From contig OZ024749.1 of the NCBI GenBank assembly GCA_964016885.1, positions 46,500,001-46,564,000 of the forward strand: a stretch of DNA of 64,000 nucleotides. Direction: 5' to 3'. Below, one piece after another: positions 15,030 through 27,567 of this stretch. The DNA comes from Eledone cirrhosa. Its lineage: Eukaryota. A program made the translations under genes and the position numbers. The notes below the pieces were generated by a model. That model ran no database searches. It was not told the DNA's origin and saw only the letters and a list, made by a program, of their open reading frames with translations. The stretch's first letter is position 1; every line of letters begins with the position of its first letter.

Positions 15030-16762
15030 ACTTTGAATAACTTTGAAATGTTTTGGCCAGTATTGGCCCAGGCCATGTCTAACTTAATAGCACCACCTGG
15101 CGAAGTCTTTCAATTCAGGATTTGGGCACCATGGCCCATTCGAGAAGAGAATTACTGTTTGCGGAGACATATCCGGGTGTGGGTGGTTTGTCCGGGATTA
15201 CTTGGAGGAATTTGTCCAAAGACTTCTTGAATTTTGTGTGGTCAGTTTCTGTTTTGACGTGTCCTGGTGTGATGTTGAAGAGAGCAGGGCCGATTGAGGT
15301 GAAATAATTGTGCCGTATTGTTGTTATGAGTTGCGATTTAGATTTTTGAATGGGACGGATAGCACGGGGCCCAAGCCTTGGGTGTATCTTGAAGGCGATG
15401 CCAACATCATTTGGGCAGTGATGATGGAACATTTTCCACATCATGCAGATAATATAACGCTCACGGCGACGTTGGAGTGAGTAAAGTTTCAGGTTTTCCA
15501 ATCGACCCCAGTAGTCAAGGTCTGACATGCCATCTATCTTTTTCGTGATTGCCCTTTGAGGAGCTTCAAGTTTCATGATACTTTGTTTCGTGTGGGGAGA
15601 CCACAGTGGACAACAGTATTCAAGGTGTGGTCGGGCGAAAGTAGAGAAGAGAAGGATAATGGTGCGGGAATCTCTCGACTGGAAGGTTCTGAGGATCCAG
15701 GAACACATTCTGCGGGCCATGTCAACTTTGCTGCTTATATGCGTGGTCCAGCTTATGTTGCTGTCCACGGTTACTCCCAAGTCTCTGATGTTGTTAGATG
15801 CCACGAGAGTTTCCCCGGAGGGAAGGGAGTACGGGAGTTTCAGAGCATCCTCTTTTCCAAAGTGGATCAGTTCGAATTTGTCTTCGTTCAGTAACATGTT
15901 GTTCTTTTCTGCCCATTGGGTAACAGCCAGTAGGTCTGACTGAAGGCTTATCCGGTCATCCACGCCATTGATGACCTTTTGGAGCTTGGAATCATCAGCG
16001 AAAATTTTAATGTTGCTGTGTTTGATGATGTCAGTGATGTCATTAATATAGATGATGAAGAGAAGTGGGCCCAACACAGTGCCTTGTGGGACTCCACTAC
16101 TGACTTTGGCTGGGCTTGATTTGACTCCCTCAACTACAACATGTTGGGTTCTGTTTGACAGGAAGCTCTTGATCCACTGCAGCAGCTTTCCAGTGACACC
16201 AATATTGGACAGCTTTCTCAGTAGAATGTTATGATCAACCCTGTCAAAGGCCTTGCTGAAATCAAGGTAGATAACATCAGTGTTGGAACCCTCTCCCAAG
16301 GCTCTCAAAATGTCATCAAAGTGATGCAGTAGTTGCGTCAGGCAATCCCTTCCATTACGGAATCCATGCTGGTTGGAGTTCAGCATATTGTTACTCTCAA
16401 GGAAGTGGGTCATTCGCGATCTCACCACTCGCTCAAATACCTTAATGATATGAGAGGTGAGTGAGATTGGACGGTAATTCACGGCAAGGGATTTGTTTCC
16501 CTTTTTGAAAACTGGGACAACAGACTGGGATAGAAGGTTTTCTGGCACATATCCAGCATCCAGTGAGTTCCGCCACAGATTGGCAAGAGGAGAAGCAAGT
16601 TGGTGTTGACACGCCTTCAAGACACAAGCAGGGAACCTATCGGGACCTACTGCTGAATTATGCTTGATTTCCTTTATTGCCGCCAAGACATCAGGGGCGC
16701 CAAACGTTATGTCCGATAAGGTGTAATGGGGAGTAACATCGCCGATACAGCCCAGATCGGCA
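15029..16762 (-). mobile_element. 5'-truncated CR1-group LINE (RT coding fragment 15115-~16762) inserted in (TA)n
   Basis: Motifs [91 protein letters not shown]. ~85-nt 3'UTR ends in a short tandem tail (TTCAAAGTTA)x2. No endonuclease domain; the ORF track's N-terminal YIYI stretch is flanking microsatellite. Confidence 0.92.
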
Positions 16763-16793
16763 CATATATATATATATATACATACATATATGC

Positions 16794-16866
<73 letters not shown>

Positions 16867-16882
16867 TATATATATGTACATA

Positions 16883-16926
<44 letters not shown>

Positions 16927-16943
16927 TACATATATATATATGG

Positions 16944-16999
<56 letters not shown>

Positions 17000-17040
17000 A
17001 TATATATATATATTTATATATATATATGCATATACATATG

Positions 17041-17150
<110 letters not shown>

Positions 17151-17855
17151 TTTATACATACATATAATTACGTGTGTGTGTGTCAGTGCGTATGCTTTTC
17201 CGTATATGTACTTATTTAATGGGCAAATTTATTTATGAGGCGCCATTTAAAATGATTTATTTTATTTAGTTTCTCGTGTTTATATCTTAAGGTTCCACTG
17301 TGAGAGGTTAACCTTTTTAATCGAATTTTTTAAATAATACCGTTAGTGTTTCTATTTTTGTTGTTAACACTCTCCTTGTTGCAGTTATTGTTATTGTTAT
17401 GAACACTCTACTTGTTGTTGTAGTTGTTGTTATTCTTATTAACGCTCTTGTTTTTGTTGTAGTTGTTGTTGTAATTATTATGATTATCATTATCAATATT
17501 TTGCAAGAAAATTATTTTAATAGAAAAAATGTAATCATTACCATTATATTGGTTAATGCTTTAAGTATGCTATTATTACAATTATTAATATATCCATAGT
17601 AGTTGTATTACTAATAGTGGTAGTAATATTAGTATTACATGTTGTAGTAGTTGTCGTGGTAGTTACATTAGTGGTAGATGTTGTAGTAGTTGTAGTGGTA
17701 GTTACATGAGTTGCAGTTGTATTAGTAGTAGTGGTAGTAACATGATTAGTAGATGTAATAGTTGACGTGGTAGTATCATTAGCAGTAGTAATAATAGTAT
17801 TATATATTATTATTATGATGATTAGTAGTAGTAATAGTAGTAGTAGTAGTAGTAT

Positions 17856-17920
<65 letters not shown>

Positions 17921-18190
17921 ATGAACATTCATTAAATAAATGATAGTGGAAGAACTATATCCTTTTATTCTGGTTGTATTTTTTGTTGTTGCTTTCCCTC
18001 TGGTATGTTTATATAATAACATCGTAGTCGCCATCACCATCATCATCATCATCATCATCATCCTGATCATAATTATCATCATCATGATCATCTTAATAGA
18101 CATCACCATCGCAATCATCATCACCTCATAAGTAGCAACACCATTTCTTTCCCCATAAAATTTCTTTAGAGGAGAAAGCAAAACAAAAAA

Positions 18191-18232
<42 letters not shown>

Positions 18233-18471
18233 CAAACGAACGATCAAACAAAAAACACCAACTGAAACACAACAAAAATAGAACTAACTGGGAAACGGTA
18301 AACAACAGCAACATTATTTTATGGCTTAACAATGATAATGGTGGTGTTATGACTGATACTAATAAAAGTACTAATACTAATAAAGAGAAAAATAATGGCA
18401 ATATAGAGGATGAGGATTTTGATTGTGATGATGATGATGATGACGATGATAAAAAGGATTGTTTTCTATTT

Positions 18472-18685
18472 TCTTCCTCTCCTCCTCCTCCTCCTCCTCC
18501 TCCTCCTCCTCCTCCTCCTCCTCCTCCTCCTCCTCCTCCTCCTCCTCCTCCTCCTTCTTCTTCTTCTTCTTCTTCTTCTTCTTCTTCTTCTTCTTCTTCT
18601 TCTTCTTCTTCTTTTGTTAGGATTTCTTTAGTTTTAATAATAATTTAATAATAATAGTAATGAAAATAATAATAATAACAATAAC

Positions 18686-18733
<48 letters not shown>
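18472..18733. repeat. (CCT)n(CTT)n followed by (AAT)n microsatellites
   Basis: Directly visible in the sequence. Confidence 0.95.
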
Positions 18734-18735
<2 letters not shown>

Positions 18736-18996
18736 TTTCTTTATTAACCACAAGGGTTTACATAAAGTAGACATTAAGGACAGTGCAGGACAATGCAGGA
18801 CGGTACAAATGGGCATTTCTGCGTGTAAAAAAAACAAAAATAGAGGATGTAACAAAAATAACAATGAAAATAACAATGAAAAATTCCCCAATAGGGGGGA
18901 GACTTCGGAGGGACATTTGTGGAGAAAGCCCAGTAAAAAGCCACAATGACCCTGACCACCAAGGCAAGTGCCCTCTCCCAGTTTTCCACCTTTAGT

Positions 18997-21900
18997 TTAC
19001 AGATATATACTCAGAGTCGGCCCATTCACTCGGGCCATTCTTGCTTCTCTCACCCATCTTTCAACAAAATGCTGGGAAGAGAGCACTTCCTTCTCTACTC
19101 TGATTTTCCTTTTCAAATGAAATTTGAAAAAGTCAATCAGAGCATCACCGAAGAGGTAAGTGCTCGTCTTCAGCCCTTTCAAACGTGTCCACCATACTAT
19201 CTCTTTCGCCATGGCCACCAGACAGATAAAAACTGCCTGCCCTTCCCGGCTAAAGGAGGAGGGCGGGGCAATCCTCACGATAGACTCAGATGATAGCTGG
19301 ATCCGTCCTAAACGCGACAGCAGGTGTTCGACATAAACCCACAAGTCAGCAATTTTCGGACACTGGACGAGTGCGTGCAGGACGGTTTCGTCGCCCTGCG
19401 CGCATCTCGGACATGCCCGGCTGACGGCACCTCCATGCCTGTAGAGTTTATCCCGAACTGGCAAGGCTCCTCGGTAGCACTGCCAGGCCAGAGATTTCTG
19501 GAAGTTGTCCATAGGCCCTGGCCCGAAGGTTCTTCCGAAGAGATTGGCTAGTTGATTTTCGTCGACGCCTAGAGTTTCCCCAAGTACGTCGTCGCTCTTC
19601 CCCTCCACCAATCCTCTATAGAACGCCGAGGTGGAGTTTCCACCGATCACATTGCCCGATTGGTCGAGGGCTGTGAGCGCCTGAAGACATTCCAGTCTCC
19701 AGGCGCTCCCTCTCGGTCTTCGCTTGACCCAGGACTGCAGCTCCGTCAAGGAAACGAGCTGGGGAAAAACGCGTCTAGCAAACGGCGACCACACCTGATC
19801 ACCGTCGAGGAAGAGGTGGAGATGTCGTAGCCTGAGCGCGTGCCTGCGCATCATCAGCCACGGCATGCCCAGCCCTCCACGTAGCGGGTGTTGACAACAG
19901 ATGGACCGCCTGACCATCGGAGCACGTCCCTTCCACAAAAAGCGAAAGAGCAAACGCTCCAGCGCAGTCAGGCGAGGCTTAGGACAAGGTACGACGGTTA
20001 GGCGGTAGCAGATGACCGACGCGATGTACGCGTTAGCCACCTCCGCTCGACCTTTCAGGGATAGCTTCCTCTCCGCCCATTTCTGGGTGAGAGAAGCCAC
20101 CCTGCTCGTCACCTCGTCCCAGTTTTTGTCCGTCTGGAGGTCCGGACCGAACCAGACCCCTAGCAATTTAACCGGTCCGTCCGTCCAGCGCCCGACGACG
20201 CTGTTGGACGGCATGGACCTGCCTCTCCAGGTGCCGAGCTGCAGGCCCACTGACTTTTCCTGGTTGATCATTGCTCCTGTCACCGCTTCGTATTCTCTTA
20301 GTGTAGTGCCGATCGCCTCGATGTGTTTGGCGTTCGACACCACTACGGTGACATCGTCCGCATATGCTGACACGGATCTTCCGCATCCTAGTTCGCGCGG
20401 GACTCCCCTCAACGTCTCCAGTTTGTGCAGTAATGGCTCGAGAGTCAATACGTACAAGAGGGACGAGAGGGGACATCCTTGGCGGACCGAGCGCATGATG
20501 TTGAACGGTTCCGACAGGTGACCGTTCACTCTCACCACAGAGCAGATGTCGCTGTGCATGGCAGCGATCCAGCCTCTGAAGACGGGCCCAAAGCCAGCCG
20601 CCCTCAGGACTGCCGCTAGGTAACGATGGTCGACCCTATCGAAAGCTTTCGACTGATCTAAATTGATCAAGGACCCACCCGTGCCAGGTTCCCTAGCTAC
20701 CCTCTCTACGATGTATCGCATGAGGTGGAGGTTGTCGTGGATGGATCTGTCGGGAATGGCGCATGTCTGCGCCTCTCCCACCAGACCACCAACGACAAGC
20801 GCCGACCTCTTTGCTAGCACCTTGGCCAAAATCTTAAACTCTGTGTTTAGCAGAGTTATGGGCCGGAAATTGTCTATGTTATCCCCCTTGTTCGGATCCT
20901 TTCTCAGCAGTGCCACCGCTCCTCGGCTCACAGAACTGGGAATTCTCCCGTTCTGTTGCCAGTTGCAGTAGACGTCCGCCAAGAGGCCTCCGAACAAGTC
21001 TGGCATCTGTACGTAAAGTTCATAGGGCAGACCATCCAAACCAGGCGATTTACCCCTTGTGCAGCCAGTCATTGCCTCCCTTACTTCAGCGGCTGTTATC
21101 GGCTTTTCGCAACACTTCGCCTCAGTGGCCGAGAGCCGCGGCAGTCCGTCGAGGTAGACACTAAAGTCCATCCCTCTACCCGGCCCCCCGCTGCCCCCGA
21201 ACAGCTGAGCGAAGTGTCGCTGAAAAGCTTCACACATTTGCCCGGGATCGAGTAGCATGCGCCCGTCGTGGTCCACCAAAGACCGGATCGTGGCTTTGTT
21301 GCCACGACGCGCCTCCGCCACTCGGGCCCATTGAACGGCTTTCGTCCCCTCGTGTCTGAGAGCACGCACCCTAGCTCTGACAACGCAGCCTTCGTGCTTT
21401 GCATTGAAGAATTGGTCAAGGGCCAATTTCGCCGCAAGCACGTCGGTCGCAATGCCTTTGCTAAGCGCCTCGTCTAATTTTCTAACTAGTTCTCCCTCTG
21501 CTCTATTTTTCTCTATTGCTAAAGCCTTACTAAACCTAATTGATTCTATTCTAATCGCTCTTTTCAGAGCAAACCACCACTTGTTGTTGACGATGGCCCC
21601 CGTCAACGCCCGCTTAACTAGTTCGCTAATCCGGTCTCTGTAGGCCTTGCGCGCTGGTAAGGACGCGTTTAGCTTCCAGTAGCCGGGTCCTCGTCTATGA
21701 AGCCTATCTAAGTCAAGCACACAGATCACGAATTTGTGGTCCGTGTAGCTGACTATCTTGAATTGTGGACAGCCTATGCTAGACCTATCTATTTCCCTAC
21801 AAAATACTCTATCTAGATATGATCTGGATGACCCTATGCGGTTTGTCCAAGTCCACATTGGCACATTCGGGAAATCCAATCGGTACCTGTCAGACAGTTC

Positions 21901-22416
21901 AAAACGCCTGAGCAGGTTGGTGAGGCTCTTGCACCCTCCACCCCTATCCGCTAATCCCACACAGTCCCAGCGTGCATCTAAGATCCCGTTCCAGTCGCCC
22001 ACTAACACTAAAGAGCGCGACGTTCCAAGAAAGGTCTCCAGACGCCGGAAGAAATCAGGCCGCCCTGCTCCTGTCGGGGCATAGACGGCCACTAGCCTGA
22101 AAGCTTGCCCGTCTCCGCTGGTCACGTCCAGCACCACCAGCTTACCCTCTGGGTCCAGGAAGATGGCCCGTATGGCGAGATCCAAACCTCTCCGAAAAAG
22201 CACAGCAACTCCTCCACCCGATCCAGGACGGCTGGGAGATGCGTACACATCGTAGCCGCCGAAGATCGGTGCGAAGGCCCGTGCTTCGGAGATTCTGGTC
22301 TCGCTGATGGCCACTACATCTATGTTTAGTGACCTGAGGTCGTTGAGCAGGTGACCCTGCTTCCATGACGACCCCAGGCCACGCGCATTTATGCTGCCTA
22401 TTCTGAGTGAGGTCAT
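18997..22416 (-). CDS. Tx1/L1-clade ORF2: APE endonuclease + reverse transcriptase + C-terminal CCHC zinc finger (1139 aa, uninterrupted)
   Basis: APE motifs SINARGL, ISET, VYAP, GDWN, YLDR, TDH. RT motifs [46 protein letters not shown]. Tx1-typical GPGYWKLN and LSLKGRAEVAN. Terminal CPRC...ETVLHALVQC. Confidence 0.96.
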   Translation of the reverse strand: MTSLRIGSINARGLGSSWKQGHLLNDLRSLNIDVVAISETRISEARAFAPIFGGYDVYASPSRPGSGGGVAVLFRRGLDLAIRAIFLDPEGKLVVLDVTSGDGQAFRLVAVYAPTGAGRPDFFRRLETFLGTSRSLVLVGDWNGILDARWDCVGLADRGGGCKSLTNLLRRFELSDRYRLDFPNVPMWTWTNRIGSSRSYLDRVFCREIDRSSIGCPQFKIVSYTDHKFVICVLDLDRLHRRGPGYWKLNASLPARKAYRDRISELVKRALTGAIVNNKWWFALKRAIRIESIRFSKALAIEKNRAEGELVRKLDEALSKGIATDVLAAKLALDQFFNAKHEGCVVRARVRALRHEGTKAVQWARVAEARRGNKATIRSLVDHDGRMLLDPGQMCEAFQRHFAQLFGGSGGPGRGMDFSVYLDGLPRLSATEAKCCEKPITAAEVREAMTGCTRGKSPGLDGLPYELYVQMPDLFGGLLADVYCNWQQNGRIPSSVSRGAVALLRKDPNKGDNIDNFRPITLLNTEFKILAKVLAKRSALVVGGLVGEAQTCAIPDRSIHDNLHLMRYIVERVAREPGTGGSLINLDQSKAFDRVDHRYLAAVLRAAGFGPVFRGWIAAMHSDICSVVRVNGHLSEPFNIMRSVRQGCPLSSLLYVLTLEPLLHKLETLRGVPRELGCGRSVSAYADDVTVVVSNAKHIEAIGTTLREYEAVTGAMINQEKSVGLQLGTWRGRSMPSNSVVGRWTDGPVKLLGVWFGPDLQTDKNWDEVTSRVASLTQKWAERKLSLKGRAEVANAYIASVICYRLTVVPCPKPRLTALERLLFRFLWKGRAPMVRRSICCQHPLRGGLGMPWLMMRRHALRLRHLHLFLDGDQVWSPFARRVFPQLVSLTELQSWVKRRPRGSAWRLECLQALTALDQSGNVIGGNSTSAFYRGLVEGKSDDVLGETLGVDENQLANLFGRTFGPGPMDNFQKSLAWQCYRGALPVRDKLYRHGGAVSRACPRCAQGDETVLHALVQCPKIADLWVYVEHLLSRLGRIQLSSESIVRIAPPSSFSREGQAVFICLVAMAKEIVWWTRLKGLKTSTYLFGDALIDFFKFHLKRKIRVEKEVLSSQHFVERWVREARMARVNGPTLSIYL

Positions 22417-22451
22417 GTTTAAAATAGAGTGGAAAAGATGGGAAAGACCAC

Positions 22452-24552
22452 TTACCGTATTTTTGGTAGAGGAGGGATGGTTTTTACATCCCTTTTCACT
22501 TGATCGTCTGGTGAAGGGACCGTTGAATCGTCCCTTCGGCTGGTCGTCGGCTCTTCTAAGAGAATGTCTGAATATACTCTTCGATTAATGGTTCCTCCTA
22601 GGTCCCTGAAATCACCAACTGCGTTGGGGAATTTCGTTTTAATGTTTGTGTATTGTTTCTGTGCTATTTTTAGCAGTCTTATGTTAGTTGGCGTTTTGAT
22701 TGGTGCTGGTATTATGTAGTCCTGTTGTGAAATGTCTGTGTGTTCAATTATGTAAGTCATTAGTTTCTTGTTGTGTGTGTTTATTGCCGTGCATTTGTTT
22801 TTCTGGGGGTGGGGTGTGGTTCTGCTATTTTCTTGTCGTTGTTGCTGGGTGTGTGTGTTTTGTTGTTGTGTTTGCGATGTTGGTGCTTGTGGTGGTGGTG
22901 TTGAAGGTGTTGTTGGCGGTGGGGTTGTCGCCGGTGGTGATGGTGGTGCTGGTGTGGGTGGTGATGGTGTTGGTGGTGTTGCTGCTGTGGGTCTCTTTGC
23001 AGTAGACTTTACCCTTTTCTCATTTCTTTCCTCCCTTTTCAAAGGCGACGATGCGCTGCTTCTGCGTTTGTGCCTTCTTGAGACCTTTTGCCATCCCTCT
23101 CCCACCTCACACTCCATGTCTGATTCTGTAAGGTCGGGGAGGGGTACCAGCTCCACTCTTTCACTTGTTGTTGTTGGTGATGTTTGCACTGGAGTCTCTG
23201 TTGCAGCTGCATTTGGTATTGCTGTTGTTGTTGTTAATATTTCCACTGCTGCTGCTGTCTTTGATTTCCGTGGAGTGGGTATGGGTGCCACGGACCTATC
23301 GTTCCTGGTTGCCGCTTGTCCTGTTGCTGGTAGCCGTGGAACCGGATTCGGGAGGAGGGGGGTTTTCTCCTTTCTCAGGGTCTTCTCGTTGCAGAAGGCC
23401 CTGAGGTGAGTCTTCGATCCACAGCGAAAGCATTTCGGGCGTTTGCCCTCAACACTTATGGGCAGTTGAGTGCCGTTATCGAAGTCTATCACATCCGGGA
23501 TAGCTTCGATGCACTCCTGGTTGGTTTGGATTAGCATCTCAATGGAGGAGCCGACCCAATCTTCTCTTACTTTTTTTCTGTACTTGCAGTACAGTTGTTT
23601 TGTCCTCGATTCCGACGAGGACAGACGCGGCCAGCCAAGAAGGGGTCATTCCGGGGGGGACGTGGGTCAGTTTGACCCTCACAATTTTTTGCCCGCAGTA
23701 GGAGGGCACCAACACCATTTCCTCGCTCCTTAGGGTCACTACTGATTGGGCCTTTGCCTCCTGGGGTGTGGCAAAAAGTACGTCTACGGTGGCGTATTTT
23801 TTGCCTCGGGTGATGTGCGTTTTCCTCTGCCACACAGACCCCAAGGCTTTTTGTATTTGGGCCTCTGTGGCTCTTTCCACCCTACGGGATTTTGTACTTA
23901 CTGTACGGTACGTGACCGTACAGTGCTCTTGGGTTTCGAAAAAATTTTTCGCTGCCTTGCAGATTGCTCGGTGTCCGTTCTTTGTCACCATCTTCTTCGC
24001 TTCCTCTAATTCCTCATTTGTTATGAGGATTGTTTCCAGGTTTTTCGCAATACCTGCAAATGAGATTGGTTTTTCTCTGCTGTTGTTGTTGTCGTCAGAG
24101 CTGCTGGTACTTTTGTTGTTGCTGCAGGTACTACGACTACTGCCTCCGCCGCTGTTGCTGTGGTTGTTGTTGGTGTTGCTGCTGCTAATGCTGTTGTTGT
24201 TTATGCTGCTGGTGATGCTGTTGCGGCTGCTACTGTTGTTTTCATTGTCACTGTTGCTGTTGTTATTACGGCTGCTACTGCTATTATTCCTGACGTCAGA
24301 CGAATGAACTGGGTTTTCGTATTTCCCGCACACCTGTTTCGTCGCTGTCGTCGTCGTCGTGGAGAAACCTTGCACGCTTTGCACGAGACTTTTCTTTTCT
24401 TTCGTCGCTTGCGAAAGAGAAGGTAGGGAGAGAGACACATTTAAAGAAGGGAGGGAGAGAGACAATCTTCTCTCTCCTGTAGTGATGATTGAGGAAGAAG
24501 AAGACGGAATGAGTGGGAGTGACGTATGAAATTTTTTTTTTTTGGTAGCCAT
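22452..24552 (-). pseudogene. Tx1 ORF1 (gag-like, zinc knuckle), split by a one-base frameshift in the A7 run at 23571-23577
   Basis: Two adjacent ORFs (23539-24585 and 22452-23537) join into ...LQVQKKVREDWVGSSIEMLIQT... if one A is removed. Contains CX2CX4HX4C (CFRCGSKTHLRAFC) and Ser/Asn- and Pro/Thr-rich linkers. Probable start MATKKKK at 24552. Confidence 0.8.
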
Positions 24553-24765
24553 GTTTTTTTGTTTAAAATGAAATTTTGGGTACAAAACCCCAATAACTGA
24601 TTATTTAACCCCGAAGGGCCAAATAACGGACAGAAAGACCCCTCTCACGAGGAGGAGGGTGTCTTTATCAACAATTTGGTTCAAGTTTTAAACAATTTAC
24701 AATTGTTTTAACGGTTAAAAATTACTATACCTTACAGAGCCGAGCCTCCGTCAACCATGGCATTC

Positions 24766-24796
<31 letters not shown>

Positions 24797-24800
<4 letters not shown>

Positions 24801-25191
24801 GACCTGACCTGGTGGTTGTGGACAAAGAAAAAAGATCGTGCCTGATTGTGGATGTGGCCTGCCCGTTCGACACGAGAGTGCAAGAGAAGGAGAGGGAGAA
24901 AATTAACCGATACCAGGACCTAAAGTGGGAGGTGAAAAGGATTTGGAACTGCCATGAAGTCAAAGTGATCCCGATTGTCATAGGCGCACTGGGGACTATC
25001 TCCAAAAGTTTCCAGGGATGGTTAAAGAAAATCGGCCCCTTCACGCTTTTTGGAACGCTTCAAAAGGCATGCTTGCTTGGAACAGCAAGAACCCTCCGAT
25101 ACGTCCTGAATATCTGAGGCTGCAGGTAGTGGCTTGATATTCAATCCAACGGACTTTCCAGTTAACCAACATCAATGACTGAGATTCAAGG
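24797..25191 (+). mobile_element. 5'-truncated R4/Dong-like retrotransposon 3' end (restriction-like endonuclease, CDS fragment 24797-25117)
   Basis: Translation NRPDLVVVDKEKRSCLIVDVACPFD...EKINRYQDL...VIPIVIGALG...LQKACLLGTARTLR* matches the RLE C-terminus (RPD...D...KxxxY). Short 3'UTR, with (AAT)n on both sides. Confidence 0.85.
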
Positions 25192-25224
25192 AATAACAAT
25201 AACAATAATAATAATAATAATAAT

Positions 25225-25279
25225 GATTTCATTTATTAGCCACAAGGGCCGACATGTAGGGGACAATACAAAGACAGGG
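25225..25279 (-). mobile_element. 3'-terminal stub of a Tx1-related element
   Basis: gatttcatttattagccacaaggg matches the Tx1 terminus at 18734 (gatttctttattaaccacaaggg). Same (AAT)n junction. Confidence 0.65.
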
Positions 25280-25294
25280 AATAATAATAATAAT

Positions 25295-25385
25295 GATTTC
25301 TTTATTGGCCACAAGTGCTGACACCAAGAAAAACATTACAGACGGCACAGAACGGTACAGGACGGTACGATGTGGGTTTTGAAAA
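25295..25385 (-). mobile_element. Second 3'-terminal stub of a Tx1-related element
   Basis: gatttctttattggccacaag plus the 10-nt repeats (..caggacggtac) also seen in the Tx1 3'UTR near 18778-18806. Flanked by (AAT)n. Confidence 0.7.
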
Positions 25386-26210
25386 TAAATAATAATAATA
25401 ATAATAATGATGATAATAATAATAATAATAATAATAAATTGAAAAACATTAGTCGAGACAACGGGGTTGCTAGCAATGTTATCATTAAAGGAATATTTCT
25501 ACGAAGAAAGTGGTCTGACTCAAGAATTATAGATGGTTCTGTCGAAAAGAAAGTATTTCTTCTTAAATAGTCCAATGTCTAACAATAAATTATTCTGGCG
25601 ATAAAGATTAAAACATCAGGGAATATATAATGTATTTAATTCATATATGTTTTGGCTTCTTGCTTCCTTGCTTTTGTCGTTTCACTATTTTATCATATTT
25701 ATTAACTTTGTATTTTGTGGGTTACATTATTTTTTTTGTAATGTTTTGGCTGCCATATTTTTAAAGCGATAACTAAGCTTTTAAAGTAAAATTTGATTAC
25801 AGACGCACAAAAACACAGGCACAGAGACACATACATACAAACTTACATCCATACATACATAAATACAACGTGCATACCTACATAAATACATACCAAATAC
25901 AATTGAATACATACGCTTATGTACATATGTGTTTTCTTTCTTGTGGTTGAGTTTTATATGTGCGTGGTATATGTGAGTGCTCGTGTATGTGAATATATGT
26001 ATTGACAAATATATTAAGTTGTGTATATTTATATATGCGAATACGCTTCACCTTTATATATAAATTCCATCCAAGCTATGCACACATGTACTGATACAGC
26101 ACGGTAAGCAAATTTGCATATAATCCAGGCGCACATACACATACATATACGCGCACATTCACACACACAATAATTTATACACATATACGTCTATATCTTT
26201 ATATATATTT

Positions 26211-26681
<471 letters not shown>

Positions 26682-26813
26682 CCTCTATAACTGCTCTGTA
26701 GAACAACTGATGTTCTTGCATTGAGCTATTTATCTTACTGGTATTAAGGTAGTAATAAATTACTGACCTTCCCTCTCTATAGTTTAAAATATACATAACT
26801 ATAAATAGTATCC

Positions 26814-26904
<91 letters not shown>

Positions 26905-26954
26905 TACATATATATATGTATATATATATATACATATATATATATATACATAAA

Positions 26955-27380
26955 TGGGAAAAAAATGAAACGAAATTTCCTTTCTCACTCTTAGTACGGC
27001 TGTGACTTAAATATAAGTATGTATACGTACATACATATACGTATACAGACGTACAGTAGTGTGTATATATATATACCTACATGCACACATATATACATGT
27101 ACCTATGGGTTCACCGAACATTTATTAAAATGCTCGGTGTGTTTGTAAACAAACATCCCGAAGTAAGCGTTCCTTTGTCAGTGTTGAACAAATGAGCAAC
27201 GATGGTTGCTAGACACAGTTCGGCTTCATTCGTGATGTTTGTTTACAAACACACCGAGCATTATAATACATGTTCGGTGAATCCATACGTACATATATAT
27301 ATATGTGCATGTATGTATATATATATACTTACTACTGTACGTCTGTATACATATATGTATGTACGTATAAATACTTATAT
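26955..27380. mobile_element. Fold-back mini-element family E in (TA)n
   Basis: Leader aatgaaacgaaatttc.tttctcactcttagtacggc; arms 27011-27162 and 27229-27380. Confidence 0.72.
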
Positions 27381-27491
27381 ATATACATATATATAAATGA
27401 AGTAATTCCGTCGGAAAAATCCAGGTAAAAAGAATGCTCTATGTAGGCAACAGAGCTTAATAGTTATGTAATAAACAACATAGCGCAATTA

Positions 27492-27552
27492 TTTCATTTA
27501 CCAGTGGTTTCTTAAAAGCAAACAAAATTTGCTTTCAATCATCAGAATGAAA
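27492..27552 (-). ncRNA. Type I hammerhead ribozyme motif (inverted copy)
   Basis: Reverse complement of 27568-27628 with an intact core; differences fall in the helix II loop. Confidence 0.75.
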
Positions 27553-27567
27553 AATACTCCAGGATTT

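Larger units (their letters stand above)
18734..24765 (-). mobile_element. Apparently full-length Tx1-like (L1 clade) non-LTR retrotransposon, ~6.0 kb, bounded on both sides by (AAT)n
   Basis: GC-rich block containing a 5'UTR, ORF1 with a CCHC knuckle, a 35-nt spacer, ORF2 (APE-RT-zinc finger) and a 3'UTR ending AATAAAGAAATC that runs directly into (ATT)n. The 5' end abuts (AAT)n at 24766. Confidence 0.93.

Noticed and set aside
23567-23580. Programmed -1 frameshift in Tx1 ORF1 (A-rich slippery run)
   Set aside because: The -1 frame meets TAA immediately. The continuing frame needs +1, so an indel is simpler.
18946-24426. Plus-strand and alternative-frame ORFs overlapping the Tx1 element
   Set aside because: Shadow ORFs of GC-rich coding sequence with no recognisable motifs.
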